Part shown: in pieces, positions 13,888 through 25,905 of the stretch
How positions within the stretch are numbered: position 1 is the first letter of the stretch
Layout: each line of letters opens with the position of its first letter
From: Octopus sinensis
Lineage: Eukaryota
Assembly (NCBI RefSeq): GCF_006345805.1
Contig: NC_043000.1
Span: 140,554,001 to 140,618,000 of the forward strand
Reading direction: 5' to 3'
Length of the DNA stretch: 64,000 nt
The notes under the pieces: model-generated
The model's database searches: none
What the model was told of the DNA's origin: nothing
The model's input: the letters and a program-made list of their open reading frames with translations, nothing else
Position numbers and translations under genes: made by a program

Positions 13888-14047
13888 ACGATGGGTTTCT
13901 TTCAGTTTCCGTCTACCAAATCCACTCACAAGGCTTTGGTCAGCCCGAGGCTATGGTAGAAGACACTTGCCCAAGGTGCCACGCAGTGGGACTGAACCCA
14001 GAACCATGTGGTTGGTAAGCAAGCTACTTACCACACAACCACTCCTG
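13621..14047 (-). mobile_element. Family A SINE, full length
   Basis: Reverse complement of family A, head to tail. Confidence 0.85.
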
Positions 14048-14472
14048 TGCCTGTGTTTAACTTTTTTCTCATGGCAAGAAAAATATAGGTTGTTCCATAT
14101 ATCAAACACAAACTATTGCATGTATGAAGTAATCTGTAATTCAAAGAAATCATTAATCCAACCATAGACTTAATTCACATTTCAGAAGTTATCAATTAAT
14201 AAAGTCACTTTATTCACTATTGATAAGTGCTGAGAAGGTGAATACATGGAGATGTTAGCATTTCACATAATTCTAGTGCCAGTAATTAATATAACAAGGT
14301 AAGAAAATTATAAAATATCTACAACTACATCTAGAGTATCAAAAGACAAGAAATACAGAAGAAATGACTAGATGCTAGCTAGATATAAGTAGATCAAAAC
14401 CTAGTAATTAACACACAAAATATAGCCAAAAAATGGTCATTTTCTCTCTTTAGAACATAATGATCATTCAAA

Positions 14473-14845
14473 AAGTAGCTTGCTTGTCAACCACATGGTT
14501 CCGAGTTCAGTTCCACTGTGTGGCACCTTGGGCAAGTGTCTTCTGCTATAGCCTCGGGCCAACCAAAGCCTTGTGTGTGGATTTGGTAGATGGAAACTGA
14601 AAGAAGCCCGTCGTATATATGTATATATATGTATGTGCATGTGTGTGTTTGTGTGTCTGTGTTTGTCCCCCCAACATCACTTGACAACCGATGCTGGTGT
14701 GTTTACGCCCCCGTAACTTAGCAGTTCAGCAAAAGCAACCGATAGAATAAGTACTAGGCGTACAAAGAATAAGTCCTGGGGTTGATTTGTTCGACTAAAG
14801 GTGGTGCTCCAGCAGGGCCACAGTCAAATGACTGAAACAAGTAAA
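14473..14845 (+). mobile_element. Family A SINE lacking the first ~12 nt
   Basis: Family A body and tail. Confidence 0.85.
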
Positions 14846-15017
14846 AAAAAAAATCAACAATTTTTCTGCTACCTCTGTAACTCATTTGTATCCCATTTTT
14901 ATTTTTGTGAATTAATATCGAATTCGCTTCTCACTTCTTTTGGCTTTCTGCATTTCTACTTCTTTCAATGTTTGTGTCTCTCTAAAAAGTAATATCATAA
15001 TTTCTTTTTTACATTAA

Positions 15018-15237
15018 CCCTTTTGTTACTAACCCAGCCAAAACCAGCTCTGTCTCTGTGGTAAAATGCCTAGTTTTCATAAGTTTTGAATTAAAATATT
15101 CCACCAAGCCTTGGTCACAATTTACGTTCCTAACACTGGCTGAATGATAGCTAAGTTATTTTACTAGCTTCTTTGTTATATTTAAAATAATTGAAAGAAA
15201 CACAGAGCATCTCAAAATAAATACAGTAACGAAAGGG
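15018..15237. mobile_element. piggyBac-like MITE
   Basis: TTAA|CCCTTTTGTTACT ... AGTAACGAAAGGG|TTTAA terminal inverted repeats. Confidence 0.8.
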
Positions 15238-15686
15238 TTTAAGAGAAACTCTGAACTCTAAGTGCTCTGAATATCTTCTATCCTTTAATTTCTCTCTTCT
15301 TCTTTTATTAGTTCCAGCTAATAAACTAAGGCCATGATAGAGTACTACAGTGAAATATTAGTTATAGTATTTTCCTTCCTTACAATAACCTGAAGCAGTA
15401 ATTACATAATTTAGTTAAATCTCCAATGTTTCTCATATAATTATTTTAGCAGTTGATTAGTTTCATTTCAGGAGTGCTACTATTATTCGTAAATGTTATT
15501 TATTAGTTCTTTAGTAACAGATGAGGAAGGGTAATATTATGGCCAAATACTCCTTTTTATGCCTGGCACATCTAAAGTTCAAAATAGATTCAATACAGAT
15601 CTGTGAACAGGCTATAGTAGTATGAAAACAGATTCTAATTGTAACAAGTAACTAAAATATTAAATGAATAAATAGATAATGAGCTT

Positions 15687-15848
15687 GAAGGAGTGGCTGT
15701 GTAGGAAGTAGCTTGCTTACCAACCACATGGTTCCGGGTTCAGTCCCACTGCATGGCACCTTGGGCAAGTGTCTTCAAATATAGCCTTGGGCCGACCGAA
15801 TCTTTGTAAGTCGATTTGGTAGATGGAAACTGAAATAAGCCTGTCGTA

Positions 15849-15878
<30 letters not shown>
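15687..15878 (+). mobile_element. Family A SINE 5' half, ending in its (TA)n
   Basis: Head to (TA)n, then RTE coding sequence begins. Confidence 0.8.
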
Positions 15879-15879
<1 letters not shown>

Positions 15880-16600
15880 GGAAAAACTAGAAATAGTTGA
15901 TAGCTTCCGTTACCTAGGTGACCAAGTCAGTAGCGGGGGTGGGGGTGCTGAAATTGTAACTGCTAGAGTAAGAATAGCCTGGGCAAAGTTCAGAGAGCTC
16001 TTACCTCAGCTGGTAACAAAAGGCCTCTCGCTCAGAGTAAAAGGTAGACTATATGATGCATGTGTACGAACAACCATGCTACATGGCAGTGAAACATGGG
16101 CCATGACTGCTGAGGATATGCATAAGATCGCAAGAAATGAAGCCAGTATGCTCCATTGGATGTGTAATATCAGTGTTCATACTAGACAGAGTGTAAGTAC
16201 CTTGAGAGAAAAGCTGGACCTAGGAAGCATCAGTTGTGATGTGCAAGAGAGACGTTTGCGCTGGTATGGTCATGTGGCAAGAATGGATGAAGATAGTTGT
16301 GTGAAAAAGTGCCACACCCTAGCAGTTGAGGGAACCTGTGGAAGAGGTAGACCCAGGAAAACTTGGGACGAGGTGGTGAAGCACGACCTTCGAACTTTAG
16401 GTCTCACCGAGGAAATGACTAGAGACTGAGACCTTTGGACGTATGCTGTCCGTGAGAAGACCCAGCAGGACAAGTGAGGCCATAACCCGTGGTCTTTACC
16501 CGGGATTTAGCCAGTCCACTTATGCATACCTTTCCTTCTTGGGACACAAAACTCTACTTGTGAAGACCTGTTGAGGCAAGTGAAAATCAAAATCGAAATT
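15879..16600 (+). mobile_element. 5'-truncated RTE-clade LINE (RT C-terminus plus 3' UTR)
   Basis: IVDSFRYLG...RVRIAWAKFREL...KGRLYDACVRTTMLHGSETW...RRLRWYGHVARM...GRGRPRKTW, characteristic of RTE ORF2; one in-frame stop near the end. Confidence 0.92.
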
Positions 16601-16606
16601 GATCAA

Positions 16607-16750
16607 CGGTAAGTAGCTTGTTTACCAACCACATGGTTCCGGATTCAGTCCCACTGCGTGGCACCTTGGGCAAGTGTCTTCTACTATAGCCTCGGGCCGA
16701 CCAAAGCCTTGTGAGTGGATTTGGTAGACGGAAACTGAAAGAAGCCCGTC

Positions 16751-16789
<39 letters not shown>

Positions 16790-17006
16790 TTTGTGTGTCT
16801 GTGTTTGTCCCCCTAGCATTGCTTGACAACCGATGCTGGTGTGTTTATGTCCCCGTTACTTGGCAGTTCGGCAAAAGAGACCGATTGAATAAGTACTGGG
16901 CTTACAAAAGAATAGGTCCCAGGGTCGAGTTGCTCGATTAAAGGCGGTGCTCCAGCATGGCCGCAGTCAAATGACTGAAACATGTAAAAGAGTAAAGAGT
17001 AAGAGT
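16607..17006 (+). mobile_element. Family A SINE, young (CpGs intact)
   Basis: Close to family consensus; AAAAGAGT tail. Confidence 0.85.
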
Positions 17007-17009
17007 AAT

Positions 17010-17412
17010 GGAATTTGTAGCTGTGATACTAGTGGCACGTAAGCGAACCATCCGAACATGGCCGTAGCCAGCTCCGCCCTGACTGGCCTCTGTGCCGGTG
17101 GCACACAAAAAGCACCATCTGATTGTGGTCATTGCCAGCTTTGTCTGGCCTCCGTGCCGGTGGCACATAAAAAGCACCACACAATCGTGGATGTTTGCCA
17201 GCCTCGTCTGGCACCTGTGCCAGTGGCATGTAAAAAGCATCCACTACACTCACGGAGTGGTTGGCGTTAGGAAGGGCATCCAGCTGTAGGAACACTGCCG
17301 GATCAGACTGGTCCTGATGCAACCTTCTGGCTTCCCAGACCCCAGTTGAACCGTCCAACCTATGCTAGCATGGAAAGTGAACATTAAACGATGATGATGA
17401 TGATGATGATGA
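17010..17412 (+). mobile_element. RTE-tail SINE-like repeat (family C)
   Basis: Tandem internal units and (GAT)n tail. Confidence 0.8.
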
Positions 17413-17414
17413 TG

Positions 17415-17620
17415 AGTGTGTCCCCTCCCCAACAATGCTTGACAACCGATGCTGGTGTGTTTACATCCCTGTAACTTAGTGGTTCGGCAAAGGAGACTGA
17501 TAGAATAAGTACTAGGCTTACAAAAAATGTCCTGGGGTCGATTTGCTTGACTAAAGGCAGTGCTCCAGCATGGCCACAGTCAAATGACTGAAACAAGTAA
17601 AATAGTAAAAGAGTAAAGAG
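17415..17620 (+). mobile_element. Family A SINE 3' half
   Basis: TGTCCCC...GACAACCGATGCTGG...AAATGACTGAAACAAG. Confidence 0.8.
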
Positions 17621-19803
17621 CATGCACGCATGTATGTGCATTTGATTCATGTATGTGTAACCATGTGCACGTTCTTGTAAAGAACATACAGCTAACTCAG
17701 GTATCATACAGCTAATAGCTAGGTAGATGCCTCATAATCTCATATTAGCTCTGTAATGTTACTGCTAATGAAAAGAAAAACTAATTTACAAATGGCTCAG
17801 TTCATCTGGTTAAAAACAGGTATCAGTTATAAAACAAAAAATATTGACTGTTCCAAGCAGTAACATCACTATAAAACTGACAAGTAGTTTGCTGATTTGC
17901 ATTACTGAAGTCAGCTTCATATGTAGTTTAGGAGAAGCTCCTTCAGAACTCAACATCAAATCAGAGTTCTCATTTTTAAACCACTCACCATTTGATCTAG
18001 ACACTGGATCTTGATCTACCTTTCCACTTGATCAGGATGTTCATCTTAGTCTATTCCATCTGGACACTAGATCTCAAATATCTGTGATGTGCTATAGCCC
18101 ATTCTGTATTAGGATTCTTCACATGCAGGTAGGAGCCACTAAGTGGATATATCTCAGTAACTGACACAGAGGACGGGTACCATACAAGCTGTTTGTATGT
18201 TTATTAGTATAGAAACAAAAGTGTATTAAATACACTTCAACTGTGAAAATGTGTTGATTTTGAAATCCACTTCTATGTGTGAAACTGGAGGTTTGTGTGC
18301 ACACTTGTACTTCATCGAATGTGTTTCACATGGTGATGATCAAATGATCAAAATAAATTTATATCAGGCAAACTGTGTTGAAAACAGTTTGTATAACACA
18401 CACACACACACACGCAGCTAAATAGTTAAAGTATTAGACTAACGATCACAATGACAGAACTGGCAATATTTGGAATGCAGTAGTTCTTTATGTTAAAAGC
18501 AAGCAAAAACAAAAACAAAAAAAAATGGCTAAAAACTGATTGGTTGAGTGGAAGATGAAATTTATAGACCCATTGAAAACATGCAATGCAAATTAAATGG
18601 CGATAATAACTATGAAAACAATGATTATGGGGATGATGATAATGATGAAAATGACAATAAATTGGTTTAAGCATTTAGTAAAGAACAAATGGTTCTTTAT
18701 TGCACTGAGAATCCCATGAGAAAAATCTTAATACCTAAACAGAATAAACATTCATCGTAAATTTTGTCTCCAAACATTTAACATATTTTATTGACATAGC
18801 TGACAAATTGTTGCTGATTTTTATCTGGAAATTAAGGAATTCTCTGAGCTTCAAAGTGTATGATAAAGGAGTTTTAGCAATTGTTAAAGTGTCATAGATG
18901 GACCGAAGAAAGTATTGGAATTAATTGTACGCTCTGTGTGAATTTATCACAAAATTAAGCGACTCAAAGGGGAAATAAAAATCAGAGAGAATATCATTGG
19001 AATTAATTTAATCTCAAATATAAATTCACATTTAACGACAGTAAACTTCCCAAATATTAAGTGGAACTTATTGAAATATTTACGAAGGTACCATATGTCA
19101 GCAAGAAATGTCTATAAATATCAAAATATCAAAAAGTTCAGCAGTATATTTTCATGATTGATAAAATGGTTTTAGAAGGTCATATGTGACAGCTAAAAAT
19201 TTTATAATTATGGTTAAGAGTTCAGAAATAAATTTTCAGAGTTAATCTCCATGTCGTAGACATAGAAATTTTATGTTTGTAACCCTAGAACATCGACTCA
19301 ACAGTTTTGTTGTTGTTGTTGTAGTTACTGTTGCTTTTTAATATTATTGCATTTCAGTTTATCATATTTCCTATAAAGCACACACATTCAGAGACACATA
19401 TAATTACTTTCATCTGCCATAAAAAGGGTTAGATTATTAGTACTAATGAAATAATGATCATAAGTATCTAGACATATTTGTATATGTTCAGTCCTTATGC
19501 ACACAAGCCTCTACAAAGGACCATGTAGAAGCTAGAAACAGTAGCCAAATCTCTACCAAAACATTCACTGTTGCTTAAAAAAAACATTAGATAATTTAGT
19601 TTCGATTAAACTATATCAGAAAACAGAAGACAGGATGGCCATATATGGAATAGTTTAATCATAGATCTGCTCAATGATGTCAACTTATGATTATACAACA
19701 ACAAAAGCAATCTTACTAACTCATTCTACACAATGGCCATATTCATGATTTATATTTGTTTTTTGTTAGCATTGGTTGAATAAATGCTTATTATCATTCA
19801 GCT

Positions 19804-20108
19804 AGTGGAGGTACATGGCCTAGTAGTTAGAGCAGCAGACTCACGGTCGAGGGATCATGGGTTCGAATCTCAGACTGGGTGATGTGTGTGTTTATGAGCG
19901 AAGTCACCTAAGCTCCACACAGCTCCAGCTGAAGGTAATGGCAAACTTCTGCTGACTCTTTCGCCACAACTTTCTCTTACTCTTTCCTCCTGCATCTTGC
20001 AGCTCACTAGCGATGGACCAGCGTCCTGTCCAGGTGGGGAACCTATATGCCAAGGAAACCAGGAAACCAGCCCTTATGATATAGGTGTGGCTCGAGAAGG
20101 AACAAACA
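19804..20108 (+). mobile_element. tRNA SINE: family D-like 5' half with V-domain-like 3' half
   Basis: B-box GGTTCGAATC; CCACAACTTTCTC shared with family D; GCGATGGACCAGCGTCCTGTCCAGG V-like. Confidence 0.7.
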
Positions 20109-20411
20109 ATCATTCAACTACAGTAGTAGTTGAATAATACTCTTAAGGTCGCAATTTACTCACATGCAGTATCTTTCAGAGCTTGTTGCTAATTCAGTTC
20201 TTAACTAAATGAAAAACCGTTAACACTTTTGAAGAAGACTAGTCCCTAGCTACATTTTGGTATTAAAAAAATTGAGATCTGGTCCAGTAGAAAAAAGTTT
20301 ACATCAAAATTTCTGGTGACATTATAGGAAATTAAGTAACGCCACCAACGAACTTTAGATCTAAATAACTTTTTTTCATTTTAAAAGCAAAACATATTTA
20401 TCTTAGCTTCC

Positions 20412-20830
20412 ATGATAGAAGAAAGCATGACAAGTTTCATAGTTTTAGTCCCATGCAACAAAAAAGAAATAGATAAAGTAAAATCCCAATACTTGTTGGA
20501 AAGTCTGAACCTCACAGCCACAAACATAACAGTGTTCGGGACTTGTATAAACTGGAAGCTGTGCCAGCACTACAGAATGTTCACAGTAAATAGACCGCAT
20601 AGGCATAGCCCACAAAATGACAAAGCACACACTCTTGGACATTCCAATATACTCAGAGAGATCAAAGCTAATAGGTCAGATATTGTTGCCAGAGACCACC
20701 AAAATTAAAATTATGCTTCCTAATCAACATATCAGTTCAATCAGATGACAATATCTCCAGAGGAAATGGAGAAACGCAAGAAATATAACATCTCTTATCC
20801 TTCACTCACCCTAGGATGGTGGATGTACCT
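20412..20830 (+). mobile_element. Decayed R4/Dong-like LINE, RLE domain fragment
   Basis: INWKLCQHY...EIKANRSDIVARD...CFLINISVQSDDNI, matching the ANRPDIV...IDxSxPxDxNI pattern. Confidence 0.7.
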
Positions 20831-20879
20831 TGGCAAGAGATTGTAACAAACATGCATTTTGAAAGTAAATAACGATAAT

Positions 20880-21039
20880 AATCACATCGACCCAGTGCTT
20901 GACTGGTACTTAATTTATCATCCACAAAAGGACAAAATGCATAGTCGACCTCGACAAAATTTGAACTCAGAATTTAACAGCAGACGAAATATTGCTAAGC
21001 ATTTCGCCCTGTCTGCTAACGGTTCTGCCAGCTCACCAC

Positions 21040-21040
<1 letters not shown>
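20880..21040 (-). mobile_element. Family B SINE abutting (AAT)n
   Basis: Meta-like core in reverse complement; head ends at the (AAT)n tract. Confidence 0.75.
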
Positions 21041-21073
<33 letters not shown>

Positions 21074-21219
21074 TAATAATAATAACAATAATAATAACAA
21101 TAATAATAATAATAACAATAACAATAATAATAATAACAATGATAATAATTAATAATAACAATAATGATAATAATAATAACAATAATAACAATAATAACAA
21201 TAACAATAATAATAATAAC

Positions 21220-21251
<32 letters not shown>

Positions 21252-21300
21252 GAAGAAGAAGAAGAAGAAGAAGAAGAGAAGAAGAAGAAGAATACGAAAA
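21041..21300. repeat. (AAT/AAC)n then (AAG)n trinucleotide array
   Basis: Direct inspection. Confidence 0.95.
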
Positions 21301-21329
21301 AAGGAGGTTTTGAAGCATCTGCACAGTGA

Positions 21330-21860
21330 CTGATAGGCCAAGTAAGAGCAGTCTGTAGAACGGTTGGATTATGGGAGAAGAGATTGAAGAAATTCAGAGA
21401 AACATCATGGAAAAAGTGCAGAAGGAGAGTGAAACAGAAGTAGCAGAAAGTGGTAATGAATGTGTAAGAGATGAAGAACATGAAACAGATGGGAACCACA
21501 GAGTACCAAAGAATACTAATAAAGTAAATAATGAAGACGATCTAGATGGACAAATGACAATAAGTATTGCACAAGACTTGAATAATGAAGAGATTTTAGA
21601 AATGCTGCAAGGTAAAATGTCAGATGGGAACAATGAAGTGCCACCAAATGTAAGATATATGGACAGAAAATAAGTGAGGAGAGCCACAGGCAAAGTAAAT
21701 GATGTTTTAAGCTTGAGTAAGACAGAAATCATCAGTGAAACAAACAAGCTAATCATAACTGCTGCTAATGTTCGTAGATAACATAGAAGGCTGCAAGCGA
21801 AAACCTGAAGATAAGAAAACAAATGAAAAGAAAGAACAAAACTGGAGGAAGAGGATACAA
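21330..21860 (+). mobile_element. Decayed R4/Dong-like LINE, N-terminal fragment
   Basis: PPNVRYMDRK*VRRATGKVNDVLSLSKTEIISETNKLIITAANV resembles the R4-clade region upstream of the RT. Confidence 0.6.
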
Positions 21861-21889
21861 ATGAAGTTGGAGGAAACATAGAAAGAACT

Positions 21890-22113
21890 TTTTTCTACCA
21901 TTGTTACAGGGCCTGAAATTTGGGGAAAGGGGGCAAATTAATTGCATTAACCCAAGTACTCACTCAACTGGTACTTATTTTGTTGATTGAAAAGGATGAA
22001 AGGCTAAGTTAACCTCAGCTGATTTTGAACTCAGAACGTAAAGCCAGAAGAAATGCTATTAAGCATTTTAGCATGTTTTCTTGTGTGCTAATGATTCTGC
22101 CAGTTCCTTATCT
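21890..22113 (-). mobile_element. Family B SINE abutting (AAT)n
   Basis: Degenerate Meta-like core. Confidence 0.7.
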
Positions 22114-22168
22114 TAAAATAATAATAATAATAATAATAAGGATAATAATAATAATGATGATAATAATA

Positions 22169-22215
<47 letters not shown>

Positions 22216-22219
<4 letters not shown>

Positions 22220-22690
22220 AAGACCAAAACAATAAAGTTTGCTTATTGATCGACATGAGGATCCCCTGTGATCATAATATCTCGGCGAAAGAGTTCGCCA
22301 AGCTCAGAAAATATTTAGACCTGCTCATTGAAATTGAGAAAATGTGGCATCTCAAGGCGGTTACAATACCAGTGATCGTACGAGCACTAGGAATGATCAA
22401 GAAGGGAACCGAAAATTATATGAGAATGATCCCTGGCTTACCATCCCTGCAAGAAGTGCAAAAGATTGTCTTAACTGGTACATCACACGTATTGAGAAGA
22501 GCATTGTTGATGTGAGAACTATTACTACCCATGTATTTTAATTTAACTTTAAAAAAAAAAAAATGAACGAACTAGTGAGTTTAGTTTAATGGCCTACCAA
22601 TGTATACTATGAGTTTCTTTGCCCTAGGAGTCGGGAAAACTCTCGGCAAGAAATGGAAGCAAATTTGAAAGAAGAGGAAAAAAAAAGATA
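22216..22690 (+). mobile_element. 5'-truncated R4/Dong-like LINE (RLE C-terminus plus 3' UTR) within (AAT)n
   Basis: LLIDMRIPCDHNISAKEFAKLRKYLDLLIEIEKMWHLKAVTIPVIVRALG...QKIVLTGTSHVLRR; (AAT)n on both sides. Confidence 0.85.
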
Positions 22691-22721
22691 ATAATGATAA
22701 TAATAATAATAATTATAATTT

Positions 22722-22942
22722 TAATAATGGTTTCAAATTTTGCCACAAGGGCAGCCATTTTGGAGGAGAGGATAAGTTGATTACACTGAACCCAGTGTTT
22801 CACTGGTACTTAATTTATTGACTCTGAAAGGATGAAAGGCAAAGTTGACCGTGTCAGAATTTGAACTCAGAATTTAGCGACAGGTGAAATACTGCTAAGC
22901 ATTTCATCCAGCACGCTAATGATTCTGCCAGCTCACCACCTT
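22722..22942 (-). mobile_element. Family B SINE
   Basis: Meta-like core; tail variant GGTTTCAAATTTTGCCACAAGG. Confidence 0.8.
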
Positions 22943-22943
22943 C

Positions 22944-22981
<38 letters not shown>

Positions 22982-23037
22982 TAATAATAATAATAATAAT
23001 GAAAATACTAATACTAATAGTAATAATAATAATAATA

Positions 23038-23576
23038 AATGCCCTGATGCAGTACCAGGCAGTGGCTCTCATGGCTATTGATCTGAACTGACTGGAAGTG
23101 TTATCATGTACATTGTTTTGTCTTGGTATAAAAGATGGGCTACAGCAAATATTATGCTCAATGTTGTTTGAACTTAACCAGTTGACCATGTCCCTTAGTG
23201 GCTGGTGATATGTGCATCTCTGATCACGAGCAGAAGTAGTGGGGGAGCATCATAGCCGTGTGTTGAGAGGGATTCTTTGGGATTTCGATAATTCACCTCT
23301 GGCAACATGGGTGTTTCATTCAACATCCTTAAACAATCCTTACTCAGGGACCTTTTGAGCGGGATGGGCTACTCGACCAGAAGAAAATTCTAACAGGGCC
23401 CCACCTGCAAGGTCATGTGCTGTTTATCCTGATATGAGATCACTATGTCACGCACATATGGTTGTGATGCATGTGCCTAGTGTACCCTTATCAGACAGGT
23501 AGTCATGATGGGTATACTGGGCTTCGTATATTTTACCCCAGTGTCACTTTGATGGCATGCACTGCTCTCTCACTCA
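23038..23576 (+). mobile_element. (AAT)n-tailed non-coding retroelement, family E (probable R4-like 3' end or SINE)
   Basis: Three copies (23038, 24325, 59058), flanked by (AAT)n; contains CCCTTATCAGAC.GGTAGTCATGATGGG. Confidence 0.7.
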
Positions 23577-23589
23577 ATAATAATTATAA

Positions 23590-24292
23590 TTATAATAATG
23601 GTTTCAAATTTTTCCACAAGGGCAGCCATTTTGGAGGAGAAGATAAGTTGATTACATCGACCCCAGTGTTTCACCGGTACTTAATTTATTGACTCTGAAA
23701 GGATGAAAGGCAAAGTTGACCATGTCAGAATTTAGCGATAGGTGAAATACTGCTAAGCATTTCATCCAGCACGCTAATGATTCTGCCAGCTCACCACCTT
23801 CATAATAATAAAAATAATAATAATGAAAATACTAATACTACTACTACTACTAATAATAATAATAATAATAATGATGATAATGATAATCCTTTCTATGATA
23901 AGCACAAGGCCTGTAATTTAAAGGAGGGGTATAGTCAAGTCCTATGCATAACTAGTACTTACTTATTTAATCGACCCCGAAAGGATGAGAGGCAAAGTCA
24001 ACCTCAGTTGAATTTGAACTCAGACCGCAGCTACAGGCAAAGTACTGTTTAGTATTTCATCCAGTGTGCTCATGATTCTTCCAGCTCAATAATAATGCTA
24101 ATCCTTTCTACTATAGACACAAGGCCTGAAATTTGGGGAAAGGAGCTAGTTGATTACATCAACCCCTGTGTTTTACTGGTATTTAATCTATTGACACTGA
24201 AAGGATAAAATCAAAGTTGACCATGGCGGAATTTGAACCCAGAAAATAAAGACAAATGAAATGCCACTAAGCATTTCACCCGGCATGCTGCA
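23590..24292 (-). mobile_element. Three family B SINE copies separated by (AAT)n
   Basis: Meta-like cores near 23690, 23970 and 24200. Confidence 0.75.
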
Positions 24293-24324
24293 AGCTCCCT
24301 GTCTTAATAATGATATTAATAATA

Positions 24325-25030
24325 ATGCCCTGATGCAGTACCAGGCAGTGACACTCATGGCTTTTGATCCGAGCTGATTGAAAGTGTTATCATGTACCTC
24401 TGTCTGAAAAGTCTGGCTGCATTCGAAAAAATATATATTATGAAACAAAAATAAACATGAAGCGTTGCATTTTTATAAATTCGCGCTGGTATATTGAAGT
24501 CTACTTGAAAGGCATTGCAAAGATCCCTCACTGTTTCATTTGCGACCCCATCTTTAATTTGCTGGTAGCGTAGAAGTATTGCCAGTCTATCTCTCTCACA
24601 AATTTGTTCACCTCGCCTGCAAGCCATCTAAAGTTAATAATGATTCTGCTAATTCCACGTGTAAACATGTGTTGAATAGAACTCAGTGAATAAATCTTAA
24701 TTAACTGTGTTGTCAATTGTATGCACCTGACATATGCTAACATGTATGCAGCCAGACTTTTCACACAGAGGATACGTTGTTTTGTCTTGGTATAAAAGAT
24801 GGGCTACAGCAAACATTCTGCTTAATAGCACAGATTTGCTTGTCAGTTGTTTGACCTTAATCAGTTGAGCATGTCCCTCAGTGGCTGATGATATGTGCGT
24901 CTCTGATCATGAGCGGAAGTAGTGGGGGAGCATCATAGCCATGTGTTGAGAGGAATTCTTTGGGGTTTGAATAATTCACCTCTGGAAACAACCCTTATTC
25001 AGGGAAGAGTGGTATGGGCTACTCAACCCG
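24325..25030 (+). mobile_element. Family E copy interrupted by a Tc1/mariner derivative
   Basis: Family E sequence resumes exactly after 24774. Confidence 0.75.
24397..24772 (-). mobile_element. Tc1/mariner deletion derivative
   Basis: TA TSD (24395-96, 24773-74); ~25-bp TIR CTCTGTCTGAAAAGTCTGGCTGCAT; minus-strand peptide RRGEQICERDRLAILLRYQQIK resembles a transposase N-terminal HTH. Confidence 0.8.
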
Positions 25031-25219
25031 ACAAAAAAAATAATAATGATAATACAAAAGGTTTGCCTCCTTGGCATGGCCAAAATAATCAGGAAAGTAT
25101 TAGATAGCTGAAAAGAATGGATAGCATGGTACTGTAGTCTGCAGGTAGCAAGCCCACTATGCATGCAAGACTTCTGGAGTTCCAACAAAACCTGTGATAA
25201 AGAGAAATAATAATAATAA

Positions 25220-25858
25220 TACTTTCTACTATAGATACAAAGCCTGGTTTTTTTGTGGGGAGGGGATAACTGATTACACCAATCTCAGTACTCAACTGGT
25301 ACTTAATCTATCAACCCTGAAAGGATGAACGGCAAAGTCAACCTCGGTGGAATTTGAACTCAGAATGTAGCAGTAGACGAAATACCGCTAAGCATTTTGC
25401 CTGCCATGCTAACCATTCTGCCAGCTCATCAGAAGGTTGATTATTTTGGCCCCAGCACTTGACTGGTACTCAGTTTATCAACCCCAAAAGGATGAAAGGC
25501 AAAGTCAACCTCAGAGGAACTTGAACTCAGATCATAGCAGCAGACGAAATACCGTTAAGCATTTCGCTCTGTGTGCTAACGAATCTGGCAGCTAGCCACC
25601 TTAACAATAATCATAATAACAATGATTATAATAATCCTTTCTATTATAGGCACAATGCCTGAAGCTTTGGGGAGAGGGCTATTCGATAACATCGACTCCC
25701 ACCCCCACCCCAAATATCACTGGTACTTAATTCATCAACCCCAAACGGATTAAAGGCAAAGTCGAACCCAGCGGCATATGAACTCAGAATGTGAAGACAG
25801 ACAAAATACCACCAAACATTTCACCCAGCATGCTGACGATTCTACCAGCTCACCGCAT
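25220..25858 (-). mobile_element. Three consecutive family B SINEs
   Basis: Three repeats of GATGAAAGGCAAAGTCAACCTC-like cores with AAT spacers. Confidence 0.8.
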
Positions 25859-25866
25859 TAATAATG

Positions 25867-25905
<39 letters not shown>

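Noticed and set aside
20859-21499. Poly-N, poly-I and poly-L ORFs
   Set aside because: (AAT)n/(AAG)n translations
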